A stretch of 64,000 nucleotides of DNA from the NCBI GenBank assembly GCA_963782055.1, contig CAWAIF010000003.1:3456001-3520000 (forward strand), read 5' to 3'. The notes beneath the pieces were generated by a model that was given only the letters and a program-made list of their open reading frames with translations, searched no databases and was not told where the DNA came from. Below are positions 46,845 to 55,803 of this stretch, piece by piece; positions within the stretch are counted from its first letter, which is position 1; every line of letters begins with the position of its first letter. Position numbers and translations under genes: made by a program. Source of the stretch: an uncultured delta proteobacterium (GTDB lineage: Bacteria > Myxococcota_A > Polyangia > Polyangiales > Polyangiaceae).

Positions 46845-46997
46845 CGTCTCCCTCCGAAGGATCGAAAAGCCGGTAAGCCCAATGTGCCCGGCGCGGGGCG
46901 GATCGGTCAAATATTCCGGACATGCCCGGGCCTGGTGACCGCACGCCGTTGGACGTGGCACCAGACGTATCATTCAAGAGCCACCGGGGCAGCCGGT

Positions 46998-48575
46998 TTA
47001 CGGGGCCTTTACACGCCGGCGCCGCACGAAGGCCCCCACCGCGGTGAGGGCGGCGAGGGCCCAGAGGGGCCAGTCACCCACCACCTCGTACACCGTCTTG
47101 CCCCGCATCAGGTGGACGACGGCGTCGCGCGCCTCGATGCGGAAGGTGGGCGTCTGCACCAGGACGCGCCCCACCGGGTCGACGACGGCGCTCACCCCGG
47201 TGTTGGTCGCCCGCACCATGTAGCGGCGGTGCTCCACCGAGCGCATCGTCGCGAGGGCGAGGTGCTCGCGCGGCTCCGACGAGTCGCCGAACCAGGCGTC
47301 GTTGGTCATGTTGACCAGCAGCTCCGGGTCGGCGTGGCGCACCATCGCGTTGGTGTACGCCGGGAGGATGTCCTCGTAGCAGATGAGGACCGAGACCGGA
47401 TGGATGCCCGTCGCCGTGGGGACGGGGAGCGGGTCGAGGCTGGTGCCGGGGCTGAGCTGCCCGCTGTTGGGCGACCACCGGTAGAGCGAGGGAAACTCGT
47501 CGCCGAACGGGATGTACTCGCCGAAGGCGAGGAGGTAGTGCTTGTCGTAGCGGCCGGTGATGGCCCCCTTGGCGTCGCTGGAGAGCGCGGTGTTGAACGC
47601 GCGGAACTTGGCGGGGTCGGGGTCGTCGTGGAGCACCACCGCGCCGAAGATGGCCGGCACGCCGAGCTGCGCCGCGACGGTGTGCCCGTAGAAGGAGCGA
47701 TACAGGTTCTCGGTGACGCCGATGGTCACCGACGACTCGCTCCACACGACGAGCTGCGCGCCGCGCGCGCGGAGCTGGTGGGTGAGGCTCACCTGCCGGC
47801 GTAGCGCCACGCCGGCGTCGGTCATGTTCTGCATCAACCCCAGGTTGGCCTGCACCATCCCCACGTGGAGCGGCTCCGACGCGAGAGCGCGGGCGTCCAC
47901 CTGCCGGATGCGGACGTACCCGTACCCCGCCGAGAGCGCGAGCGCCCCGAAGCCGCCCAGCACCACGCGCCGGTCCATCGGCCGGCGGTCGACGAGGCGC
48001 GCCAGCACGATCTCGGTGAGCGCGAGGTTGGCGCCGAGCAGCACCAGGCCCACCAGCACCGGCCCGCCCAGGTCGGCGATCTGCTCCAGCGCCACGGCGT
48101 TGTGGACCGTGGCGCCGAAGTACCAGGGGAAGAGGAGGGGGTAGGCGAGCTCGCTCGCGGCGAAGGCGCCGAGCGCCACCAGCGCGGGCGGCCAGCCGCG
48201 CTGCGACGCGCGCGCGTAGAGCCAGCCCATCAGCCCGACGCGCCCGCCCTGGTAGGTGCAGAGCAGCGTCATGAACAGGATGTTGAGCGCGAGGGGGAAG
48301 CCGGCGAAGGTGTCCAGCAGGCCGATGAGCCAGAAGAAGCCGGTGACGTTCATCGTCAGGCCGGCGAGCAGTCCGAGCCAGAGCGCGCGCCGCGGGCGCT
48401 GGCCGCGCAGGGCCACCAGCAAGGGGACGAAGGCGACCAGCGACAGCGGCCAGAGGTCCCTGCCGGGGAAGGCCAGCCAGTAGAGCAGACCGGAGAGGAT
48501 CGCGAGCGGCGCCGCCCAGACCGCGCCCAGAGGCCTTCGCCCCGCGTCGGTACCCGCGGCGGTGGTGGCCTCCAT
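46998..48575 (-). CDS. lnt: Apolipoprotein N-acyltransferase
   Basis: TM N-terminus; VQAN, VVWSES, YDKHYLLAFGEYIP, LICYE, NMTNDAWFG, RATNTGVS. Confidence 0.96.
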   Translation of the reverse strand: MEATTAAGTDAGRRPLGAVWAAPLAILSGLLYWLAFPGRDLWPLSLVAFVPLLVALRGQRPRRALWLGLLAGLTMNVTGFFWLIGLLDTFAGFPLALNILFMTLLCTYQGGRVGLMGWLYARASQRGWPPALVALGAFAASELAYPLLFPWYFGATVHNAVALEQIADLGGPVLVGLVLLGANLALTEIVLARLVDRRPMDRRVVLGGFGALALSAGYGYVRIRQVDARALASEPLHVGMVQANLGLMQNMTDAGVALRRQVSLTHQLRARGAQLVVWSESSVTIGVTENLYRSFYGHTVAAQLGVPAIFGAVVLHDDPDPAKFRAFNTALSSDAKGAITGRYDKHYLLAFGEYIPFGDEFPSLYRWSPNSGQLSPGTSLDPLPVPTATGIHPVSVLICYEDILPAYTNAMVRHADPELLVNMTNDAWFGDSSEPREHLALATMRSVEHRRYMVRATNTGVSAVVDPVGRVLVQTPTFRIEARDAVVHLMRGKTVYEVVGDWPLWALAALTAVGAFVRRRRVKAP

Positions 48576-48946
48576 CTACTTGAGGGCCTTGGCCACCTTG
48601 TCGAGCAGGTCCTTCATGTTGAAGGGCTTCGTGATGTAGTGGCGCGCGCCGGCGTTGATGCCGTCGATGACGTCCAGCGCGCCGGTCTTGGCGGTCAGGA
48701 AGATGACCGGGATGTGCTTGTAGACCTCCTGCGTCTTGAGCTTGCGGATGAGCTGCGTGCCCGTCATCCCCGGCATCATGACGTCGCACAGGAGCAGGTC
48801 GGGGGGGGGATGGTGCCGAGCAGACGCATCGCCGCCTGGGCGTTCTCCGCGGCCTGCACGACGTACGTCCCGGAGAGCTGCCGAACGAGCAACGTGCGCA
48901 CCGATTCGTCGTCTTCTACGACGAGGATCGTCTTCTTCTGGGCCAT
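48576..48946 (-). pseudogene. Single-domain response regulator, frameshifted in a G9 tract (pseudogene, phase-variable or sequencing error)
   Basis: MAQKKTILVVEDDESVRTLL...AMRLLGTIPP | DLLLCDVMMPGMTG...IPVIFLTA...YITKPF. The halves are one base out of register across 48801-48809. Confidence 0.85.
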
Positions 48947-48956
48947 GCCGTCCGAC

Positions 48957-49484
48957 TCACTTCGATTGGATGCTCACGAGCTTGATGTCGAACACCAGCG
49001 TCGCGCGCGGGGGGATCCTGGGGGGAGCGCCGCGCTCGCCGTAGCCCAGTGTGTACGGGATCGTCAGCTTGCGCTCGCCGCCCACCTTCATCCCGGGCAC
49101 GCCGCGGTTCCACCCGGCGATGAAGCGGCCGCCGATGGTGAAGCTGAAGGGCTTGTCGCCCGAGGCGTCGAACTTCTTCCCGTTGGGGAAGGTGCCGACG
49201 TACTGCACCTGGACCGTATCGCCCATCTTGGCTTCGGGGCCGGTGCCCACCTTGATGTCCTCCACCTTGAGGTTGATCGGCGGGGCGATCGCCGTCGTGT
49301 CGGAGGGCATCGGGTGCGCGGAGCCGGTGACCGAGCCGGCGGCGCGGACCACAGCCGAGGTGACCGGCGTGTCGGAGGCGATGGGCTCCGGCGTGGGCGG
49401 GGAGGTGAGGGCGGTGCAAGCGAGGAGGGCGCCCGCCGCGAAGGCAGCGCCGAGAAAGAGCGGGGTCGGGAGCGTGCGTCGCAT
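48957..49484 (-). CDS. FKBP-type peptidyl-prolyl isomerase
   Basis: GDTVQVQYVGTFPNGKKFDAS, GWNRGVPGMKVGGERKLTIP..LGYG, IPPRATLVFDIKL. Confidence 0.95.
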   Translation of the reverse strand: MRRTLPTPLFLGAAFAAGALLACTALTSPPTPEPIASDTPVTSAVVRAAGSVTGSAHPMPSDTTAIAPPINLKVEDIKVGTGPEAKMGDTVQVQYVGTFPNGKKFDASGDKPFSFTIGGRFIAGWNRGVPGMKVGGERKLTIPYTLGYGERGAPPRIPPRATLVFDIKLVSIQSK

Positions 49485-49561
49485 TTGGGACTGGAAAGCT
49501 AGTCCACGGCGAACGGATGTAAAGGAGGAACGGGCCGCCGGGATGCTAGGCTACGCGGGCG

Positions 49562-50785
49562 ATGTCGCGTGTGCTTCACATCGAGGATGACCCGCGGAAC
49601 CGGCTGCTGGTCCGCAAGCTCCTCACCGCCGAAGGCATGGAAGTGCTGGACGCCGCCGACGGCCTGAGCGGGGTGCGCATGGCGCTCGCGCAGCCGCCGG
49701 ATCTGGTGCTGGTCGACCTGAACATCCCCGGCCTGGATGGCTACGAGGTGACGCTGCGCTTGCGCAGCGAGGCGACCCTCTCCGGCGTGCCGATCGTCGC
49801 CATCACCGCCGAGGGCGACCGCGATACCAGCGCGGCCGTGGGGTGCGACGGCTTCGTCCAGAAGCCGATCGACGCGCGCGTCTTCGCCGGCGTCATCAAG
49901 GGCTTCCTGCGAGGGCAGCGCCCGCCCTTCGCCTCGTCGCCGGACGCGACGGGCGAGCGGCTCCGCCTGCAGAGCGGGCGCATCGTCGCCCACCTGGAAG
50001 AGAAGGTGGCCGAGCTCTCCGCCGCCAACGAGCGGCTGCGCGATCTGGACCGGCTGCGCACCGAATTCTACCGCAACATCTCGCACGAGCTCGCCACGCC
50101 GCTCACGCCCATCGTCGGCTACCTGCGGATGATGGTGGACGGGGAGCTCGGCCCGGTGACGCGCCCGCAGGTGAAGGCGCTGCGGGCGATGGACGACTGC
50201 GTGCGACGCCTGCGCGCGACGCTGGACAACCTCATCGACGTGACCGGCCTGGAGACGGGGAAGATGAAGTTCTTCCACCGCGACTACGACTTCCTCGACA
50301 CCGTGCGTCGCGCGGTGGCGAGCCAGGCGGACAAGTTCGCCGAGCGCAAGCTCACGCTGCTCGAGCAGCTCCCGCGCGGGCCGCTGCCCGGCTTCGGCGA
50401 TCCGGACCGTCTCGGCCGCGCGCTCGTGCAGCTCCTGGACAACGCGGGCAAGTTCACTCCGGAGCGCGGCGTGGTGGGCGTCGCCGTCCGGGCCGAGGCC
50501 GGCCGCTACGGCGTGGTGGTCGCCGACAGCGGGCCGGGTGTGGCGCCGGAGCTCGGCGAGCGCGTGTTCGAGCCCTTCCTGCAGCTTGACGGCTCGCCCA
50601 CGCGTGCGCACGGCGGCGTGGGCGTGGGCCTCGCCGTCGCCCGCCGCGTCGCGCGCGGGCTGGGCGGGGACGTGGTCCTCCTGCAGGGCGCGACGGTGGA
50701 GGGGCAGCGCCTCACCGGGGCCGCCTTCGCCCTCTCGGTGGCGGTGCGTGCGCCCACCGTCATGCGCGAGGGCAAGAAGGGCTGA
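49562..50785 (+). CDS. Hybrid response regulator / histidine kinase (REC-HisKA-HATPase)
   Basis: VLHIEDD...PDLVLVD...KP; H-box SHELATPLT; N-box LLDNAGKFT; DSGPG; GGVGVGLA. Confidence 0.93.
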   Translation: MSRVLHIEDDPRNRLLVRKLLTAEGMEVLDAADGLSGVRMALAQPPDLVLVDLNIPGLDGYEVTLRLRSEATLSGVPIVAITAEGDRDTSAAVGCDGFVQKPIDARVFAGVIKGFLRGQRPPFASSPDATGERLRLQSGRIVAHLEEKVAELSAANERLRDLDRLRTEFYRNISHELATPLTPIVGYLRMMVDGELGPVTRPQVKALRAMDDCVRRLRATLDNLIDVTGLETGKMKFFHRDYDFLDTVRRAVASQADKFAERKLTLLEQLPRGPLPGFGDPDRLGRALVQLLDNAGKFTPERGVVGVAVRAEAGRYGVVVADSGPGVAPELGERVFEPFLQLDGSPTRAHGGVGVGLAVARRVARGLGGDVVLLQGATVEGQRLTGAAFALSVAVRAPTVMREGKKG

Positions 50786-50882
50786 AGCGCGAGGCGTCGC
50801 GAGGGATCGCGGCGCCTCGCGGGTGGATCGCCAGAGGCCCCGCGGAAAAGCCGCGTGACGGCGCGGCGTCCGTCTTGCAGTG

Positions 50883-52277
50883 ATGCTTCGCATGCGAAGG
50901 GTCGTCCTGCTCGCGCTTCCGCTTCTCGCGCTCGCTTGCTCCGCCGCCGATGAGGGGGGCTCGCAGGCGCTGCCTCCTCCGCCAGGCACGACCGCCGACG
51001 CGGGCGGTGGCGGCGACGCGGGCGGCCCGGTCCTCGGGCCCGCGCAGCCCCCGGGCGGCGTGCTGCTGGAGGCCGATGGCACCATCGTCGCCTTCGGCGG
51101 CGTGAAGCTGGACACCAGCGGCGCGCCCTCGTGGCCGGGCAAGGACGTGGCGCGCTCGCTGGTGGTGCGCGTCGACGGCTCGGGCGGCTGGGTCCTCGAC
51201 GCCTTCGGCGACGCCCACGCCTTCGGCGCGGCGAAGCCGATCACCACCAGCTACCAGACCGCCGGCCAGGACACCGCGCGCGCCCTCGTGGTGCTCGCCG
51301 ACGAGGCGAGCGGGTACGTGCTCGACAAGGACGGCGGCATCCACGCCTTCGGCGCGGCCCTCGCGCTCACCTCGCCCTGGACGAAGGCGGACCAGGCCGA
51401 GGGCCTGGACGTGCACGTGAGCGGCGGGAAGGTCGACGGCGGCTGGCTGCTCGACGGCTTCGGCGCGGTGCATCCCTTCGGCGCGGCGCAGGACTACGGC
51501 GACGCGCCCACCTACCACGGCTACGATCTCTGGGAGAAGATCCACGTCGTCTCCGGCGGTGCGTACGTTATCGGCCGCTTCGGCATCATCCAGCCGCTCG
51601 GCACGCCGGAGGGCATCCCGCTGACGGGCTTGCCCGACACCGCCGACGCCGACATCGTGCGCGACATCGTCCCCGTCAGCGCGTCGGGCGATTTCGACGC
51701 CTCGCACGCGCTCGCCTGCCCGGGCGTGGGCACGTACTGCGGCGCCAACGGGATCCCCGGGTCGACCGCCGTGCTCTACACGTGCTCCACCAAGGGGCAG
51801 CCGCCCGCGGCGAAGGTGTGCAGCCACGGCTGCAGCGCGGAGGCGCCAGGCACCCCGGACTTCTGCGTGGGGGTGCTCTCGTGCAACAACGAGCAGTGGT
51901 GGAACACCGCGCTCACCTACGGGCCGTACATGAGCGGCGGCTGGTGGGACACCGATCTGGCCGTCTCCCACGACACGCCGGTGATCCTCCGCCACGACTC
52001 CAAGCTCTACAAGACGGGCGTCTACGGGTGGGGCTACATGCCGGAGTTCGTCGACCAGGTCACCGGCAAGAAGTTCCGCTTCCTGCACCTGCGCCCGCAG
52101 AAGCAGCTCGCCACCAGCGTGGGCCAGGTCTACCCGGCCGGCACCGTCGTGGGGTACTCCGGCGGCGACACGGCGGACACGGGCCTTGGCACCTACTCGA
52201 CGGGCGCGCACCTGTGCGTGCAGACGCTGGACACCTACCGGAACGTCTTCCCGAAGGGGAAGGACCCCTGCGAGTGA
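50883..52277 (+). CDS. Lipoprotein: beta-propeller-like repeats + Cys-rich linker + atypical M23-like domain
   Basis: Lipobox LALAC; repeats G(W/Y)(V/L)LD..G..H.FGAA x3; C-terminus FLHL...VGQV..GTVVGYSGG...STGAHL. Confidence 0.7.
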   Translation: MLRMRRVVLLALPLLALACSAADEGGSQALPPPPGTTADAGGGGDAGGPVLGPAQPPGGVLLEADGTIVAFGGVKLDTSGAPSWPGKDVARSLVVRVDGSGGWVLDAFGDAHAFGAAKPITTSYQTAGQDTARALVVLADEASGYVLDKDGGIHAFGAALALTSPWTKADQAEGLDVHVSGGKVDGGWLLDGFGAVHPFGAAQDYGDAPTYHGYDLWEKIHVVSGGAYVIGRFGIIQPLGTPEGIPLTGLPDTADADIVRDIVPVSASGDFDASHALACPGVGTYCGANGIPGSTAVLYTCSTKGQPPAAKVCSHGCSAEAPGTPDFCVGVLSCNNEQWWNTALTYGPYMSGGWWDTDLAVSHDTPVILRHDSKLYKTGVYGWGYMPEFVDQVTGKKFRFLHLRPQKQLATSVGQVYPAGTVVGYSGGDTADTGLGTYSTGAHLCVQTLDTYRNVFPKGKDPCE

Positions 52278-52352
52278 TCCGCTCACGCCGCCCGGCCGCG
52301 CGATCGCGAGCAGGCCAACAGTCCGACGTGCGGCCCCTCGCTCGCGGGAGCC

Positions 52353-53876
52353 TCAGGGGTGGGCCGCCGCCACCGTCGCCGTCAGCGTCTTGCCCATCAC
52401 GTCGCGCGCGCGCACCGAGCGCGCCTTCGCGAGCGGCGCGTCAGGGACCCAGAGCGTGCCGCCGGGGAGGTGGTCGTACGGGAAGAAGTACCCCGTACGC
52501 GTCGCGAGCGTCGCCCCATCCACCGAGACGTAATCGACAGGGTGCGGCTCGCCCTGCAGCAGCCAGGGCTCGCGCGTCCTCGCCGGGCCGAGGGAGGCGT
52601 CGCCGCCCGCCTCCACCTGCACCGCGTGGTAGACGCTGGTCAGGTTGGTCACGCCCCGCTGGATGCGGTCGGCGTAGTAGTACTGGTTGTCCGTCTTCAC
52701 GCGGTTGTACAGGCGCCCGTAGCTGAAGTCGCTCGTCCAGGGCGGCGAGCAGTAGCTCATGAGATCGTGCGCGCCGTCGGGGCGTATGAGCACCTCGTTG
52801 ATCGAGTCGTAGCCCCAGACGCCGATGAGCGCCTGCTGGTGGGCGGCGTCCTGCGGCCACTGCGGGTCGGTGCCCGCGGCGCCGCCGCACGGGGTGTGAT
52901 TGAGGCCGTGGGCGTGGCCGACCTCGTGGGCCATCGTCCCCGCGGAGCTCTCGCCCTCGCCCGGACCGCCGTAGCCCAGCCCGACGCTGTTGGGCGTGCC
53001 GACGAAGCTCAGGCCGGTGACGCACCCGCCGCCGCAGAAGGTGCCGAGGTTGGAGGTCGGCTCGAACGCGGCGTAGTAGTACACGTCGGGATCGGGCTGG
53101 TCCTGCCCGCGCAGGTTCTGGATCGCCTGCAGGATGGGCCCGAAGCCCGCGCCGGAGCCGCCGATGGGCTGGTTCCACGGGAACGGCTGATCGCGCACGG
53201 TGATCTCCACCGTCGCCGCGGGGTAGAGCTGGTAGATGCGCTGCCGGTAGCGCTCGAGCTGCTCGTCGCTGGTGTCGGGGAGGCGCCCGGAGCCATCCGC
53301 GTCGTACTGCACCGGCACCACCTCCACGCGCACCACGTCGGCGCCGGGGCGCACGTCCAGATCCTCGGTGGAGCCATCTTGCGGGTAGCGCGCGTCGCTC
53401 GGTGAGGAGGTCGGCGCGGGGCCGCCTGCCTCGTTGAGCACCACCGTGTAGCTCTCCCCGGGCTCTAGCATATCGCCGGGCACCGGGATGTTGATGGTCG
53501 AGTCCAGGTCCTCGTCGTCGGAGGGGCCGATCACCGTCTTGGACGCGGAGAGCACCCGGGCGAAGGATCCGGTCGGGGTGGTGGTGACCAGCTTGATGCG
53601 GGCGGTGACGAGGTGCGGGGAGAAGCCATCGCCGGGGGTGACGTAGACGCGCAGCAAGCCGTCGCGCTTCGCGATGAGGGGGATGGTGCCCCTGTCGGCG
53701 GCCTGCCCGTTCTGCATCACGGGGACCTTCAGCACCTGCATGATCGCGATCTCCGAGATGGAGATGTTCTGCGCGAGGCCGTCGCTCAGGGCGGTGGGAT
53801 CGGGCTTGTCCTGCCCGTCGGAACTGCACGAGGCGGCGAGGGGAACGACGAGCAGGGCCAGGAGGGTCTTGCGCAT
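52353..53876 (-). CDS. Zinc metalloprotease lipoprotein (metzincin, M66-like)
   Basis: Lipobox LAASC; HEVGHAHGLNHTPCG (HExxHxxGxxH); Met-turn DLMSYC. Confidence 0.88.
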   Translation of the reverse strand: MRKTLLALLVVPLAASCSSDGQDKPDPTALSDGLAQNISISEIAIMQVLKVPVMQNGQAADRGTIPLIAKRDGLLRVYVTPGDGFSPHLVTARIKLVTTTPTGSFARVLSASKTVIGPSDDEDLDSTINIPVPGDMLEPGESYTVVLNEAGGPAPTSSPSDARYPQDGSTEDLDVRPGADVVRVEVVPVQYDADGSGRLPDTSDEQLERYRQRIYQLYPAATVEITVRDQPFPWNQPIGGSGAGFGPILQAIQNLRGQDQPDPDVYYYAAFEPTSNLGTFCGGGCVTGLSFVGTPNSVGLGYGGPGEGESSAGTMAHEVGHAHGLNHTPCGGAAGTDPQWPQDAAHQQALIGVWGYDSINEVLIRPDGAHDLMSYCSPPWTSDFSYGRLYNRVKTDNQYYYADRIQRGVTNLTSVYHAVQVEAGGDASLGPARTREPWLLQGEPHPVDYVSVDGATLATRTGYFFPYDHLPGGTLWVPDAPLAKARSVRARDVMGKTLTATVAAAHP

Positions 53877-53878
53877 GA

Positions 53879-54337
53879 CTAGTCTCCTCCCGCTTCGGGC
53901 TCGGGGGCCGGGCCGCCGTCCGTCTGGCCGACGCACCGAGCCACCTCGGCGCACTCCTCGGACGAGTACAAAAAGAGGGCGCACACGTCGGTCGCCTGCT
54001 TCTTCATGCACGCCTCCCACTCGGTCACCGACACGGTGTTGCAGCCGCCCAGGAAGGAGCCCAGGCAGGCGGACTGGTCGGCGAAGTTGGTCACCACCAG
54101 GCCGCCGTCGCAGACGGTCTGCTGGCCGTAGCCGCCGAGCTCGAGGGCGCTCCAGTCGCAGAGCTGCTTGCGCTCGTTGAGGGTGAGGTCGGTGAGGAAG
54201 CGATCGTAGCCGGCGTCGGGATCTCCGGCGTCGACGCCGGAGGTTGGACCTGCCTGCTGCGGCGGCTCCGTCGACGATCCGCAGGCGAGGGCCAGGGCGG
54301 CGGCCCCTGCGACCGTCAAGCAAACGACACGACGCAT
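53879..54337 (-). CDS. Cys-rich lipoprotein
   Basis: Lipobox LALAC; LT..ERKQLCDW and further Cys; ends 2 bp upstream of the protease start. Confidence 0.75.
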   Translation of the reverse strand: MRRVVCLTVAGAAALALACGSSTEPPQQAGPTSGVDAGDPDAGYDRFLTDLTLNERKQLCDWSALELGGYGQQTVCDGGLVVTNFADQSACLGSFLGGCNTVSVTEWEACMKKQATDVCALFLYSSEECAEVARCVGQTDGGPAPEPEAGGD

Positions 54338-54412
54338 CTTCTCGAGAAATATCAGCTCGCCGCCACTGCCGCAACGCCGGTCCAGGGGTCTGCTCCGCCG
54401 GGGCGAGAGGCA

Positions 54413-54503
54413 GGCGGCGGATTGCCAGCATGCTCGCGGTCCGTCGCCCCGCCGGCCGTCGGCCCTGGAGGGGGGGAGGCGGGCAGTGGACCGCGAGCAT
54501 GCT
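54413..54503. repeat. Palindrome family copy plus partial inverted second copy
   Basis: ggcggcggattgccagca|tgctcgcggtccgtcgcc (54413-54448); 54427-54442 and 54488-54503 form a perfect 16-bp inverted repeat. Confidence 0.75.
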
Positions 54504-54515
54504 AACGATGGGCCG

Positions 54516-55628
54516 ATGGAGCGCGTCTACCTTGACTGGAACGCCACGGCGCCCCCCCACCCGGATGTCCTCGCCGCCATGAGCGAGGCGACCCGCGTCG
54601 GCTGGGCGAACCCGTCCAGTGTCCACGCCGATGGCAGAGCTGCGCGCGCGTTCGTCGAGCAGGCGCGTGAGGCCCTCGCCGCGCTCACCGCCGCCGACGC
54701 CCGCGACGTGGTCTTCACCGGGGGAGGGACGGAGGCGAACAACCTGGCCGTCCTCTCGGCGATGCGCCGGCCGGGCAAGCTGGTGACGAGCCGCCTGGAG
54801 CATCCGTCCATCACGCGACTCGCCGAGCGCTTCGAGGCCGAGGACAGGACCCGCTGGCTGCGCGTGGCCCCCGATGGCCGCGTGGACCTGGAGGATCTGG
54901 CTCGCGCCCTGGAGGAGTCGGAGGTGGCGTGCGTGGCGATCCAGGCGGTCAACCACGAGACCGGCGTGCTGCAGCCCTTCGCCGAGGCAGCGGGGGCGGC
55001 CCGCGTCAAGGGCGCCTGGGTCCATGTGGACGCCGTGCAGGCGTGGGGGCGCCTGCCGGCCGAGCGCTTGCAGAGTGCACCTATCGATTCGGCCTCGGTC
55101 GCGGCGCACAAGATGCGAGGGCCGAAGGGCATCGGCGCGCTGGTGATCCGCACCGGCGCCACGGTGCACCCGGTGCTGCTGGGGGGCGCGCAGGAGCGCG
55201 GGCTGCGCCCGGGAACCGTGGACGCCGTCGCCGCGGCGGGCTTCGGCGCGGCCGCGCGGCGTGCGGCCGAGGGTGCGGCGGCGTACGAGCGCATTCGCGC
55301 CTTGCGCGACCAGCTGGAGGCGGAGCTCGTGGCGCTGGGCGGGGCGCGCAACGGCGCCGGTCCGCGCGCCCCTCACGTGTCCAACGTGGCCTTCGCCGCG
55401 TGGAGCGCGCCGGAGCTGGTGGCCGCGATGGACCTGGAGGGCGTGTCCATCTCCGGAGGGAGCGCGTGCAGCGCGGGCACGATGGAGCCCTCGCCGGTGA
55501 TCGGCGCGATGGCGGGGGCGAGTCGGGCGCGCGGGAGCATCCGCGTCTCCCTCGGCGAGAGCACCAGCCCCGCCGAGGTGATCCGCGCGGTGGCCGCCTT
55601 TCGTTTGGTGCTCGCACGTATCAGGTGA
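54516..55628 (+). CDS. Cysteine desulfurase (IscS/NifS family)
   Basis: YLDWNATAP, NPSSVH, FTGGGTEANN, NHETG, HVDAVQ, HKMRGPKG (PLP Lys), SGGSAC (catalytic Cys). Confidence 0.95.
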   Translation: MERVYLDWNATAPPHPDVLAAMSEATRVGWANPSSVHADGRAARAFVEQAREALAALTAADARDVVFTGGGTEANNLAVLSAMRRPGKLVTSRLEHPSITRLAERFEAEDRTRWLRVAPDGRVDLEDLARALEESEVACVAIQAVNHETGVLQPFAEAAGAARVKGAWVHVDAVQAWGRLPAERLQSAPIDSASVAAHKMRGPKGIGALVIRTGATVHPVLLGGAQERGLRPGTVDAVAAAGFGAAARRAAEGAAAYERIRALRDQLEAELVALGGARNGAGPRAPHVSNVAFAAWSAPELVAAMDLEGVSISGGSACSAGTMEPSPVIGAMAGASRARGSIRVSLGESTSPAEVIRAVAAFRLVLARIR

Positions 55629-55803
55629 GGGGTGAGCCGTCTTTCTCACCCAGCCGGTGAGCGATGACGCGCAAGTGCGCGTGGTGTCAGGCGTTATGGC
55701 GGCGCCCGATCGCGGCGCACCCGTTCCATTGAATGGAAAAGGCGCGCCGTGACTCCGCCCATCCGTTCAGGATCCCGGGGAAGACCTCACCTGGAAGGTG
55801 AGC

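Noticed and set aside
53877..55649. N-terminal half of the 1098-aa minus ORF
   Set aside because: Antisense to the cysteine desulfurase and overlapping a lipoprotein gene; the protease starts at 53876 with its own signal peptide.
55630..55651. Hairpin gggtgag-N8-ctcaccc after the desulfurase stop as an intrinsic terminator
   Set aside because: No U-tract follows, and short stems are common at this GC content; too weak to call.
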